Virus record (IMG/VR): IMGVR_UViG_3300011335_000282
Coordinates: 1 to 38,382 of that record
DNA: 38,382 bases
Strand: one strand, 5' to 3'
DNA from: a virus
Lineage: Duplodnaviria > Caudoviricetes
Shown here: positions 8,558 through 18,159 of the stretch, piece by piece
Numbering within the stretch: position 1 is the first letter of the stretch
Layout: each line of letters opens with the position of its first letter
Notes under the pieces: model-generated
Told to the model about the DNA's origin: nothing
Databases searched by the model: none
Seen by the model: the letters and a program-made list of their open reading frames with translations, nothing else
Program-made: the position numbers and the translations under genes

Positions 8558-8916
8558 ACGCCTGTCAGTTTGTCGGCCTGCTGTTCCTTGGGCGAGATGT
8601 AGCGCACAGCGTACACCTCAACACCCGCTCGTTCAGCAAGCACATGGCGCTGAACACGTTTTACGATTCAGTCATTGACTTGGCCGACTCGTTTGCGGAA
8701 GCGTATTCTGGCAGGCATGGCCTGCTTGGGCAGATAGTGGTTCCGCCCAACAAAAAGGCAGCCAACATCATTGAGTTCCTGCAAGGCCAGCTTGATGAAA
8801 TTGAAAAAAAACGGTACGAGGTTTGCGACAAATCAGACACCGCAATCCAGAACATCATTGATGAAGTGGTGGCTTTGTACTTGTCCACCTTGTATAAACT
8901 TCGTTTTTTGGCGTAA
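8554..8916 (+). CDS. Ferritin/Dps-like four-helix protein (DUF5856-like)
   Basis: AHSVHLNTRSFSKHMALNTFYD...DSFAEAY..G and QNIIDEVV...LYKLRFL pattern of phage ferritin-like proteins. Confidence 0.7.
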   Translation: MNACQFVGLLFLGRDVAHSVHLNTRSFSKHMALNTFYDSVIDLADSFAEAYSGRHGLLGQIVVPPNKKAANIIEFLQGQLDEIEKKRYEVCDKSDTAIQNIIDEVVALYLSTLYKLRFLA

Positions 8917-8922
8917 AAAATT

Positions 8923-9300
8923 ATGGCAATTACCCTTGCAACTACCCTGCGAAACAACCGCGCAGACCAGATTACTTCTTTTGCGGGCACAAGCGCCAAG
9001 CTGCGGATTTACACCGCAGCTTACGCATCGCAACTGGTGGAGTGCATTTGTAGCGCGTCGGCGTTTGCTGCTGCTGCATCTGGCGGTGTGCTAACGCTGA
9101 ACGCTATTTCAGCGGGGACTGCAAGCGCAGCCGGCACGGCGGCAATCGCCCGTATTTTGAAATCTGATGGCACAACGATGGTGATTGAGGGGCTGACAGT
9201 CGGCGTATCGGCCAGCAACATCAACATCACCAACACAACCATTGCCATCAGCGACACGATCACCGTTACCTCGGCTACGATCACAGAAGGCAATGCTTAA
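8923..9300 (+). CDS. Putative virion structural protein, Ala/Thr-rich
   Basis: LRIYT...A.GTA..ARI..SDGT...G.VG pattern resembles phage structural proteins; late-operon location. Confidence 0.6.
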   Translation: MAITLATTLRNNRADQITSFAGTSAKLRIYTAAYASQLVECICSASAFAAAASGGVLTLNAISAGTASAAGTAAIARILKSDGTTMVIEGLTVGVSASNINITNTTIAISDTITVTSATITEGNA

Positions 9301-9302
9301 AA

Positions 9303-10373
9303 ATGGCCCTGTACCATGCGTATACTCAGACAGTAGGCGACGGTACAGCCACATCTGTAGTTCGCCCATCTGATTGGAACAGCGGCCACAATCAGTTTGT
9401 GACCCTCGCAGGGAATACCGCTGGTGCATCCACGATCAGCGGTACAAACATCGTCTATCAGGGTGGCAACAACGTAACCTTGAGCGGGACGGGCAGCACC
9501 ATTATCATCAGCGGGGGTAATGGCGGGGCAAACTTTGCAGCGTGGGAACTTGAAGGCGCAAACACCGCTGGTACGACAGGCACAACCCTCACCACCTCGG
9601 GCGCGTTCTACCTGTCTGGCGGCAACAACATCACGTTGAGCGGAAACAGCAACACCATCGTCATTCAAGGTGCTGCGGGTGGCGGCGGCATAACAGCAAG
9701 TTTTATGGAACCAAATATGTTGGTAGGCACTTCCCTATCATCGTTTGGTCAAAACTCGCTGTATTTTGTCCCAGTTAAGCCGTCTATGGATGTGACGATG
9801 ACGGCAGTCAATATGCTGGTGTCGCTTAGTAACGCTACCAGCAGCATTAGCCACGCCGTTAGCCAAACCATGCAATATGGGTGGTATTCGCTTGGTACTG
9901 GCGCAAGCACTTCTCAACTTGGTTTGATGGCATCTTCTAGCATGGCCGTCATTGCATCGTATTCGTCAAACCTGTCCGGCGGGTATACGCTAAGTCAAGG
10001 AACAAACAGCACAACGTATTCAAGCGCAGGAACGGGCAGCACATCTGCTTGGACAGGTCAAAAAATCTTTGCAATGCCAATGGGGACTATGTTGTCGGAA
10101 GGCGGCGAGTATTACTTTATGGTGAAACAAAGTACCGCTTCAGTTGGCAACACGGGAGCAATGCGAATGTCGCACGTTGTGCTAAACAACATGACCAACG
10201 CATCATTTGGTAGGCTGGCTCCCGGTGGAAACACCGTCAGCAATCAATCAATCATCCCAAATTACAATGGGTTTATTTACACCGCTACATCTGCATCGCC
10301 TCCCACTACGTTGGCTGTTTCACAGCGCAGCATTGTGAGCAACGTAAGAATGTACATCCAACTGGACGCATAA
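9303..10373 (+). CDS. Ser/Thr/Gly-rich virion fibre or decoration protein
   Basis: VVRPSDWN N-terminal motif; repeated GGNN(V/I)TLSG; very high S/T content. Confidence 0.6.
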   Translation: MALYHAYTQTVGDGTATSVVRPSDWNSGHNQFVTLAGNTAGASTISGTNIVYQGGNNVTLSGTGSTIIISGGNGGANFAAWELEGANTAGTTGTTLTTSGAFYLSGGNNITLSGNSNTIVIQGAAGGGGITASFMEPNMLVGTSLSSFGQNSLYFVPVKPSMDVTMTAVNMLVSLSNATSSISHAVSQTMQYGWYSLGTGASTSQLGLMASSSMAVIASYSSNLSGGYTLSQGTNSTTYSSAGTGSTSAWTGQKIFAMPMGTMLSEGGEYYFMVKQSTASVGNTGAMRMSHVVLNNMTNASFGRLAPGGNTVSNQSIIPNYNGFIYTATSASPPTTLAVSQRSIVSNVRMYIQLDA

Positions 10374-10374
10374 C

Positions 10375-10530
10375 ATGGCTATCGGTGATACTGGAACGGT
10401 GATTGTTTTGTACGGTGCTTCATACCTAGTTTTGGGGTCTGCTGGCGGCACGCTTGTTTACGCAATTAAACAGGGCGAGCCTATGCCAGCCACTTGCTAC
10501 GTCATTGATACGTCCGAAGTCCCTGCGTGA
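10375..10530 (+). CDS. Hypothetical protein, 51 aa (MAIGDTGTVIVLYGASYL...), not in the ORF track
   Basis: Fills the gap exactly between the flanking genes. Confidence 0.55.
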   Translation: MAIGDTGTVIVLYGASYLVLGSAGGTLVYAIKQGEPMPATCYVIDTSEVPA

Positions 10531-10534
10531 TTTA

Positions 10535-11269
10535 ATGCAACCGCAAATCATCTCCTCGTATGACGGCGGTAAGCACAACGCCGATCTAGACGAAACCATC
10601 TCCCGGTTGACGGCAGACAAGTCCTACAAAGACCTGTCTTGCATCCAGATCGTGCCGTGCTTTGGGCAGATTCCAACTAAGGCAGTAGCGTCTTGGATGA
10701 ACCTGTACGCCCCGCCGAACGCGAAGTTCACAAGGCTGTGGGCTGTTGGGATGGAAGTAGGCAAGGCGTTTAGTTCTGCCATCGAGAGCATCCTCGCCCA
10801 TCCAGACCTAAGCAAATGGAAGTACATCATCACGCTGGAACATGACAACATCCCGCCAGCAGACGGAATAATCAAGTTGCTGTCTCAGATGGAAGCCCAT
10901 CCTGAGTACGCCTGTATTGGCGGCTTGTACTTCACCCAAGGGCCGGGAGGCTGCGCCCAAATCTGGGGTGACATCAAAGACCCGATCCAGAACTTCCGTC
11001 CACAAAAGCCTGACCCCAACGGTGGGCTGGTCGAGTGCTACGGCACGGGCATGGGGTTCAACGTCTGGCGTTTAGATATGTTCAAGGATGAGAAACTCCG
11101 CAAGCCGTGGTTCCTGACCCAGACTGAAGGCGGCGTGGCTACTCAAGACCTCTACTTCTGGGCCGACGCTCGTAAACACGGCTATCGGTGCGCCATCGAT
11201 TGTTCTGTCAAGGTTGGACACTATGACCTTGAAGGCAAGCGCGGCGGGATTCCTGACTACACTTGGTAG
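10535..11269 (+). CDS. GT-A fold (GT2-like) glycosyltransferase (start re-assigned to ATG 10535)
   Basis: YIITLEHDN (DxD position), IGGLYF, GTGMGF, TQDLYFW..A...G....D..V.VGH. Confidence 0.8.
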   Translation: MQPQIISSYDGGKHNADLDETISRLTADKSYKDLSCIQIVPCFGQIPTKAVASWMNLYAPPNAKFTRLWAVGMEVGKAFSSAIESILAHPDLSKWKYIITLEHDNIPPADGIIKLLSQMEAHPEYACIGGLYFTQGPGGCAQIWGDIKDPIQNFRPQKPDPNGGLVECYGTGMGFNVWRLDMFKDEKLRKPWFLTQTEGGVATQDLYFWADARKHGYRCAIDCSVKVGHYDLEGKRGGIPDYTW

Positions 11270-11272
11270 AAC

Positions 11273-11818
11273 ATGACTAAATTGGACATGGGCTGTGGCC
11301 CACGCAAGAAAGAAGGATTCCTTGGCGTCGATCAGTACGCTATGGAAGGTGTCGATGTCGTTCTGAACATTGGTGTTGACCCGTGGCCGTGGGAAAATGA
11401 CACGGTAGAGGAGATAAACGCCAGCCACTTCCTTGAACACCTGACCGCTCGGCAGCGCGTTCACTTCATGAACGAAGCCTTCCGGGTGCTGAAAGATGGG
11501 GGCAAGGCCGTCATCGCCACGCCTCATTGGGCGTCAAACAGGGCTTATGGGGACTTCACACACCAATGGCCCCCTGTGGCTGAGATGTTCTATTACTATC
11601 TGAAGCGTGAGTGGAGAGCAACCAATGCTTCCCACACCGATATAAAATGGAACCCAGAAGGGTACTCCTGCGACTTCGATGCAACGTGGGGCTATTCGTT
11701 TTCCCCTGAGTTGGCCGCACGGCATCAAGACCACATCCAGTTTGCGCTTCAGAACTACAAAGAAGCGGCACTTGATTTGTATGCCACTCTGGTCAAGCCT
11801 GTAAAAGTAGTGGATTAA
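11273..11818 (+). CDS. Class I SAM-dependent methyltransferase (Methyltransf_11-like)
   Basis: LDMGCG motif I, GVD, SHFLEHL, EAFRVLKDGG. Confidence 0.9.
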   Translation: MTKLDMGCGPRKKEGFLGVDQYAMEGVDVVLNIGVDPWPWENDTVEEINASHFLEHLTARQRVHFMNEAFRVLKDGGKAVIATPHWASNRAYGDFTHQWPPVAEMFYYYLKREWRATNASHTDIKWNPEGYSCDFDATWGYSFSPELAARHQDHIQFALQNYKEAALDLYATLVKPVKVVD

Positions 11819-11827
11819 GGATACATC

Positions 11828-12295
11828 ATGGCAATCCAATACGGCACATCGACCAGCATCACAATCTCAGCGGCCTCGCTTCCCTCGGCTAATGCTTATA
11901 GTTCAACATCCGTAACATCGGGCACGACCAACAACACCGCCGACTATATGGTGCTAGTGACGGTTTTGGCCCCTGCCACCCCTGCTGGCAACAAGCAAGT
12001 TGTTGTTTATGGCTATATGTCTACAGATGGCGGAACCACCTACACAGGCAATTCTGCAACTGCTGATAACATAACTGGAACCACCGCATCCGTTACGCTG
12101 GGCTCACCAACGAACTTGTTTTTTATGGGCACGTTGCAGTTAAACACGGGCTCAGTAACCGCAAGACAGCAATTCAGCATTGCAAATACGTTTGGTTTTG
12201 TCCCGCCTATTTGGGGCATCGTTTTGTATAACGATGCTGGCGCGACTTTGGGTGCAACGGTTACCTCCTCCTACCGCGAAATCTACTACACCTAA
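11828..12295 (+). CDS. Ser/Thr-rich putative structural protein
   Basis: RBS TAAGGA; beta-rich composition with very high T/S content. Confidence 0.6.
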   Translation: MAIQYGTSTSITISAASLPSANAYSSTSVTSGTTNNTADYMVLVTVLAPATPAGNKQVVVYGYMSTDGGTTYTGNSATADNITGTTASVTLGSPTNLFFMGTLQLNTGSVTARQQFSIANTFGFVPPIWGIVLYNDAGATLGATVTSSYREIYYT

Positions 12296-12311
12296 CGTGT
12301 AGCACTAGGCT

Positions 12312-13589
12312 GTGGCTACCAAAAAAGTCCCCGCTCGGACAAAGCGAGCGATACAGCCGCAAGCCCCTGCCTTATTGCCACGTTACGCGCAATGGGAGTG
12401 GGTCTACACGCCATCGGCGGGAATCAACAATCTTGGCGCGACCAAGATAGCCGGTGTCTTCAATGGATCAGCCGGATATGGCGGAGCCAATCAAGGCGGT
12501 AAAGCATACGATCTTGGGTCTACGCTTACCAGCACCATACAACTAGGCAATACAACTTGTAAATTTACACAAAGCAAACCTGTCAGCGGGCTGATTGTAT
12601 TTAGGCCGACGCTTGCAGCCAACCGTGTACCTTTATTTATTGCGAGTTCTGCGACAGGTGGATTATATGTAAAAGTCTCGCCTTCTTATGCGATGCAAAT
12701 CGATGCTACTACCGTCAGCAATCTAATTGTTGGAACGGCTGGCGATGTAAAATTTAACGAAACCAATACCGTTGCTTTTTGCATCGAGCCAAGAGTTGTT
12801 GATGGAGGTACTGGGAGAGTATCGTTTGCGTTAAACGGCAAACTGGTAACAGGCACTTGGACTGCTACGCCAGACTTTACCGCCACTTCGTTTTTTGGCT
12901 CACAGGGTCTTTCAGAGTCCAATCCACACCAGCAAATGCTGTCGTGCGCCAGCACAACGTCGATTTCAAACGCTGAACTGGTAGCCCTATCAAACGACCC
13001 GTGGCAGATATTTCAACCAAGCCCAGCCAAGTCAAGTCTGTGGCTTAACGCAACCGCAGCACCTTCTGGCCCAGCCTTCCAAGCAGATGCGTTCCAGAAT
13101 GACGCATTTCAGACGGCAACGGGGGGAATTTCCGCTACCCTAGCCATTACGCTGGACAGCGTAACTGTATCGTCTATCGCCACCGTTGGGCATCCCGCTA
13201 CCCTAGCCATTACGCTAGACAGCGTGGCATTTGCGGCTACCGCGACCAAATCAGGCAGCACAACGGCGGTTCTGGCGATTACGTTAGACGACCTTGCGTT
13301 TGCGGCTAGTGCTACCGTTGGACATCCGGCTACGTTGGCCGTAACGCTGGACAGCATCAGTTTTGCAGCGTCGGCTGCAAAAACAGGTGGTCTAACCGCT
13401 ACCCTAGCGGTCACCCTTGACGGCATCTCGTTTGATGGTGCTATAGTATCGGGGCATATCGCTACGATTGCTTTTACGCTAGATGACATCAGCGTTTTGA
13501 TGTCAGCTACCAACTCATCTGGCCCACCAACGCCGGGGCTTTTGCAGACTTTGATCGAGATTAGATCGTTTACTGAACGGAGATTTTAA
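12312..13589 (+). CDS. Putative virion protein with a lectin/LamG-like N-terminus and C-terminal 21/23-aa repeats
   Basis: Domain ends ELVALSNDPWQIFQP; FQADAFQNDAFQ linker; six AT(L/I)A.TLD repeats. Confidence 0.6.
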   Translation: MATKKVPARTKRAIQPQAPALLPRYAQWEWVYTPSAGINNLGATKIAGVFNGSAGYGGANQGGKAYDLGSTLTSTIQLGNTTCKFTQSKPVSGLIVFRPTLAANRVPLFIASSATGGLYVKVSPSYAMQIDATTVSNLIVGTAGDVKFNETNTVAFCIEPRVVDGGTGRVSFALNGKLVTGTWTATPDFTATSFFGSQGLSESNPHQQMLSCASTTSISNAELVALSNDPWQIFQPSPAKSSLWLNATAAPSGPAFQADAFQNDAFQTATGGISATLAITLDSVTVSSIATVGHPATLAITLDSVAFAATATKSGSTTAVLAITLDDLAFAASATVGHPATLAVTLDSISFAASAAKTGGLTATLAVTLDGISFDGAIVSGHIATIAFTLDDISVLMSATNSSGPPTPGLLQTLIEIRSFTERRF

Positions 13590-13894
13590 TGGCTCTTACT
13601 CTCAAAGCTGTAACCACGCGGCTAGGCTACCAGCAGATCACGTCATTGAGCGCATCCAGCGCCCTTACCGTGCCGGTGGTTGATCTTAACGGCTTGTCGT
13701 GCAAGCCAAGCATTGCCATCATCACCGCTGAGACTCAAGCAGTCCGGTGGCGTGACGATGATGTTGCCCCAACCGCCTCAGTCGGTATGCCGTTGGCGGC
13801 TGGCGTAACGCTTCAGTACGACGGTGACCTGACCAAGATTCGGTTTATTGAGCAGACGGCCAGCGCCAAGCTCAACGTCAGTTATTACGCATAA
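13589..13894 (+). CDS. Hypothetical, probably structural protein, 101 aa
   Basis: TAATG coupling; VRWRDD..APTASVGMPL motif. Confidence 0.65.
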   Translation: MALTLKAVTTRLGYQQITSLSASSALTVPVVDLNGLSCKPSIAIITAETQAVRWRDDDVAPTASVGMPLAAGVTLQYDGDLTKIRFIEQTASAKLNVSYYA

Positions 13895-13903
13895 GGGGGC
13901 CAC

Positions 13904-14392
13904 ATGAACATCACCAACGACACCCCAGGCACCGACTATCTGTCGTATTTCACGACGCAGATGCCCAAAGACCTCGCGGCAATGGCTGCGTTGCGCGATG
14001 AGTTGGCGATCCGCCAAGGCGCGTTGACGGCAGCGGCTGACACCGTGAAGCTGAAGGCCGACGCTGCTGCTGCGCTGGAAGTCGCCAAGACTGATGCTGC
14101 CGCCATCTTGGCTGATGCCAAGGAACAAAACGCTGCGGCTAAAGCCAAGAAGACTGCACAAGACACCCGCGAGAAAGAACTGAGCGCCCGCGAGACTGAC
14201 ATGGCGTCTACGTTCAGCGCCCGCGACAAAGCGTTGAGTTTGCGCGAGGCGCAGGCCCAAACGCAGCAAGACGCCTTGGATGCCAAGGACGCTGCTCTGT
14301 TTGCCGCACAAGCCAAGCTGGACGCTGACCGCGCTGCGTTGGACGCACGCATCAAGGCTTTCCAAGACAAAGTGGCAGCACTAAATGCCTAA
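13904..14392 (+). CDS. Ala-rich coiled-coil protein
   Basis: RBS AAGGGGG; heptad-like A/K/D/E composition. Confidence 0.65.
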   Translation: MNITNDTPGTDYLSYFTTQMPKDLAAMAALRDELAIRQGALTAAADTVKLKADAAAALEVAKTDAAAILADAKEQNAAAKAKKTAQDTREKELSARETDMASTFSARDKALSLREAQAQTQQDALDAKDAALFAAQAKLDADRAALDARIKAFQDKVAALNA

Positions 14393-16115
14393 CAAGAAAA
14401 TCACCCAACTGCCACCGTCAGCCACCCCGCTGACGGGCGTGGAGATTGTGCCTGTCGTGCAGAGCAGCGCGACGGTGCAGACGACCGTCTCTGACGTTCT
14501 TGGGGCAACCCCTGGCTCATCGTTGGTTGTCTATGCGCCAGCCGGTACGGGCGCGGTGGCTACGACCGTGCAGACAAAGTTGCGTGAGTCGGTGTCGGTT
14601 AAGGATTTTGGGGCAGTAGGGAATGGCGTTGCTGACGATACGGCGGCGATTGAATTGTGCATCGCCGCCGCTGGTGTAGGCGGGACGATTTTGTTCCCGG
14701 CAGGGATGAACTGCAAAGTCTCGTCGGAAGTTGATCTGAACGTATCAGGGCAAAAAATTACCGGTTACGGGGCCAAGATTACTAAGGCCGCATCGTTTAC
14801 AGGAACGTGCGTCCTACGCATTGGTGCTACCAATGTCACGCTGGAAGGCGTGGAAATTGACGGCACCGACAAAGCCATAGACGGGATTATCACAACGGCG
14901 GGTGCCACAGCCGGTTTTACTGCCCGCAATCTTAAGATCACTAACTGCCTGTATGGCATTAGCGCCAACAGCAACAGCAACGTAACGGTTGAAGGCTGCA
15001 ACATCAGCCTTGTGGCGTCTGGCGCAATCAGGGCGCACAACGTGGCGGCAACGTCAGCGTTGTCTCGCGTTCGCATCCTACAAAATCGCATTGACTTGTC
15101 TGATTTGAACCCGGCAACAACAACGCAAAACGCTCTATTGGTGCGAGGCGATGCTACCTATCCGACGACGGACGCGCACGTTATCGGCAACACCATCATT
15201 CACGCAGCCGATCCGACCAATTCCGCTGCTGTGTGTTGCGAAATGCGTTTTATTGATGGCGGCATTTTTAGCGACAACTTTGGCAAAGACGGCTCCATGT
15301 TGGTGTCGGTGGCTGGTTCAAACGATGTGACGGTGGACGGCAACGTCTGCGACGGCGCGACGTTTTACGGCATTGAGATTGCAAGTGTCTCTGCGGTGCC
15401 AAACAAGAACATTGTTGTTTCCGACAACGCAATTAACGGCAGAGAGCGGCTTAACTACGGTATTGGGTTACAAGGCGCTGTCGCGGGTTGTTTAGGTGGG
15501 GCTGTGACCGGCAACAGCATCCGAGGGTGCGTGCTGTACGGTATTTTTTCAAACGAAAACTGGTCTGATATTGACATTACTGGCAACCGAATTGACATTA
15601 CTGCGTCATCGGCTGGGCAGCGCGGCATCTATATTTTTGGAACAGCAACCGCAGTTAATCACGTTGTAGTTACAGGAAATACATTAAACGGCAACAGCGT
15701 GGCAGAAAAAGCCGTTTATTTGCGAAGCGTTTTGTATGCAACCGTCACGGGTAATGTGTGCTCAAATTGGACAGAAAACGGCGTATACATTGATGGATCA
15801 GTTGTTACTTGCGACGAAATTTCTGTAGTTGGCAATTCGTTTCGTGGGCTAACCGCAGGCGGAATTGGAGTGCTTGGCACGATTGGCGACAGGATTACCG
15901 CCTACGGAAACACCGGCTATCGGTTATCTGGCACAACCAACATCAACGCGCTCAACCTAAACGCTGCGCTGTATGAGGCATGGGGAACAGGAACCCCAGA
16001 AGCTGCTGTGACGGCTGGCGTTGGTTCCATCTTTCACCGCACCAACGGCGGCGCTTCCACTTGCTTGTATGTCAAAGAATCTGGCACGGGCAACACAGGT
16101 TGGGTTGCCAAATAA
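14385..16115 (+). CDS. Tailspike 1: right-handed beta-helix (pectate-lyase-like) receptor-binding protein
   Basis: VSVKDFGAVGNGVADDTAAI motif; repeated V.GN.I beta-helix rungs; C-terminal GTPEAAVTAGVGS...LYVKESGTGNTGW. Confidence 0.85.
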   Translation: MPNKKITQLPPSATPLTGVEIVPVVQSSATVQTTVSDVLGATPGSSLVVYAPAGTGAVATTVQTKLRESVSVKDFGAVGNGVADDTAAIELCIAAAGVGGTILFPAGMNCKVSSEVDLNVSGQKITGYGAKITKAASFTGTCVLRIGATNVTLEGVEIDGTDKAIDGIITTAGATAGFTARNLKITNCLYGISANSNSNVTVEGCNISLVASGAIRAHNVAATSALSRVRILQNRIDLSDLNPATTTQNALLVRGDATYPTTDAHVIGNTIIHAADPTNSAAVCCEMRFIDGGIFSDNFGKDGSMLVSVAGSNDVTVDGNVCDGATFYGIEIASVSAVPNKNIVVSDNAINGRERLNYGIGLQGAVAGCLGGAVTGNSIRGCVLYGIFSNENWSDIDITGNRIDITASSAGQRGIYIFGTATAVNHVVVTGNTLNGNSVAEKAVYLRSVLYATVTGNVCSNWTENGVYIDGSVVTCDEISVVGNSFRGLTAGGIGVLGTIGDRITAYGNTGYRLSGTTNINALNLNAALYEAWGTGTPEAAVTAGVGSIFHRTNGGASTCLYVKESGTGNTGWVAK

Positions 16116-16163
16116 TTTTCAACCGTACTGGCCCGTTGACCAGGGAATCTTAGGATTCAAGCA

Positions 16164-16916
16164 ATGACTGAAGAAGTAGAAGTAGTAGCGGAAACACCCG
16201 CGCCGGAACAGGTGGCTACGGCAGCGCTTGAACCAGAAGAACACACGCCGGAAGTAGCTGATGAAGCGCCCTCAGAGAAACTGTTTACTCAGGAAGAACT
16301 GAACGCTGAATTCGGCAAGCGTCTCGCAAGAGAACGCCGCAAGATGGAGAGGGAGTTTGCTGCAAAACAATCGCCAGCCCCGTTACCGGAAAACGCTGAC
16401 ACGCCAGAGGCTTACGCCGAAGCGTTGGCCTATCAAAAGGCCGAGCAGATTCTCCATGAGCGTGAGGTAAAGCGACAACAAGCAGAGACTCTTGATAGCT
16501 ACCGCGATAGGGAAGAAGAAGCAAGGGACAAGTACGAGGACTTCGAGCAAGTCGCGTACAACCCAAACCTTCGGATTACTGAAGTGATGGCGCAGACGAT
16601 TCAAGCATCTGAAATCGGCCCTGATGTGGCTTATTTCTTGGGGGCAAACCCCAAAGAGGCAGATCGCATCTCCAAGTTGCAGCCTATTTTGCAGGCAAAA
16701 GAAATCGGGAAATTGGAGGCCAAATTGGCTGATAATCCCGTTGTTAAGAAAACGACCAGCGCACCAACCCCTATTGCGCCGGTTACCGCACGTTCTTCTG
16801 GTGCGCCTGTTTACGACACTACCGACCCTCGGTCAGTCAAGACCATGAGCGCAAGCGAGTGGATTATTGCTGACAGGGCTAGGCAGATGAAGAAACTTGA
16901 GCGTAGCCGCTACTAA
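16164..16916 (+). CDS. Scaffolding protein
   Basis: Acidic N-terminus, FTQEELN, coiled coil; directly upstream of the coat gene. Confidence 0.8.
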   Translation: MTEEVEVVAETPAPEQVATAALEPEEHTPEVADEAPSEKLFTQEELNAEFGKRLARERRKMEREFAAKQSPAPLPENADTPEAYAEALAYQKAEQILHEREVKRQQAETLDSYRDREEEARDKYEDFEQVAYNPNLRITEVMAQTIQASEIGPDVAYFLGANPKEADRISKLQPILQAKEIGKLEAKLADNPVVKKTTSAPTPIAPVTARSSGAPVYDTTDPRSVKTMSASEWIIADRARQMKKLERSRY

Positions 16917-16933
16917 CTTTTAAGGAATTTATT

Positions 16934-18136
16934 ATGGCTAATTCGATTCTTACCATCGACATGATCACGCGCAAGGCGCTTGAGATTCTCGAAAACAACC
17001 TTGTTCTGACCCGCAACTGCAACCGCCAGTACGACGATTCGTTCGCCGTTGAAGGCGCAAAGATCGGCTCGACCCTGCGTATCCGCCTGCCTGACCGCGC
17101 TCTGGTGACGGACGGTGCCGCCCTGCAAGTGCAGGACGACAACGAGCAGTTCACCACCCTGTCTGTTGCCAACCAAAAGCACATCGGCGTCAACTTCACC
17201 AGCGCCGAGCTGACCATGCAGTTGGACGACTTTGCAGACCGCGTGCTGAAGCCTCGTATCAGCCAGTTGGCATCGTCTATTGATGCTGACGTGGCTAACG
17301 CCTACAAGACCATTGGCAACAGCGTCGGCACCCCTGGCACGACCCCAGGCACCTCGCTGGTTCTGCTGCAAGCGCAACAAAAGCTCAACGAAAACGCAGC
17401 GGTTATGTCGCCACGTTACGCCACCGTCAACCCTGCCGCTAACGCTGCTCTGGTTGAAGGCATGAAGGGCTTGTTCAACCCAACCGATACGGTTTCTAAG
17501 CAGTTCCGTAACGGCATGATGGGCACCGGCGTGCTTGGCTTTGAAGAAGTCAATATGTCGCAGTCGATCAAGCAGCACACCACCGGCTCGCGCACCAACG
17601 GCACGACCTCGGCTGCGGTGTCTACTGAGGGTGCTACGACCATCTCCCTGACGGGTCTGGGCGCTTCTGGCACCATTCTGGCTGGCGATGTGTTTACGGT
17701 TGCTGATTGCTATTCTGTCAACCCGCAAACCCGTGAAACCACCGGCTCGCTGGCGCAGTTTGTTGTGCTGACCAGCGTTACCGCTTCTGGCGGCGGCGCT
17801 GTTGATGTGACCGTGGCTGCGATCTACTCTGCTGCTCACGCGCTGGCTACGGTCAACACGCTGCCGGGTAACAGCAAGACCGTGACCTTCATTGGTTCTG
17901 CTTCCACGGCTTACGCTCAGAACTTGGTCTATCACAAGGACGCCATCACGTTTGCCACCGCTGACCTCTTGCTGCCGCAAGGTGTTGACATGGCCGCTCG
18001 TGCTGTCCATAACGGTATCAGCCTGCGCGTTGTTCGTCAGTACGACATCAACAACGACCGTATGCCTTGCCGTATTGACGTTTTGTACGGCTTCAGCACC
18101 ATTCGCCCACAGATGGCTTGCCGGATCTGGGGTTAA
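16934..18136 (+). CDS. Major capsid protein, P22 gp5-like
   Basis: 400 aa; strong RBS TAAGGA; GAKIGSTLRIRLP; C-terminal CRIDVLYG. Confidence 0.92.
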   Translation: MANSILTIDMITRKALEILENNLVLTRNCNRQYDDSFAVEGAKIGSTLRIRLPDRALVTDGAALQVQDDNEQFTTLSVANQKHIGVNFTSAELTMQLDDFADRVLKPRISQLASSIDADVANAYKTIGNSVGTPGTTPGTSLVLLQAQQKLNENAAVMSPRYATVNPAANAALVEGMKGLFNPTDTVSKQFRNGMMGTGVLGFEEVNMSQSIKQHTTGSRTNGTTSAAVSTEGATTISLTGLGASGTILAGDVFTVADCYSVNPQTRETTGSLAQFVVLTSVTASGGGAVDVTVAAIYSAAHALATVNTLPGNSKTVTFIGSASTAYAQNLVYHKDAITFATADLLLPQGVDMAARAVHNGISLRVVRQYDINNDRMPCRIDVLYGFSTIRPQMACRIWG

Positions 18137-18159
18137 ACTTTTTCTAAGGAGAACATATC

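Noticed and set aside
11273-11818. DNA methyltransferase
   Set aside because: No DPPY/NPPY or PC catalytic motif; it resembles small-molecule or glycan methyltransferases
16913-18010. Long antisense ORFs (16913-18010, 19982-20929, 6428-7183, 7640-8299 and similar)
   Set aside because: Shadow ORFs opposite well-supported GC3-biased genes; no motifs or RBS
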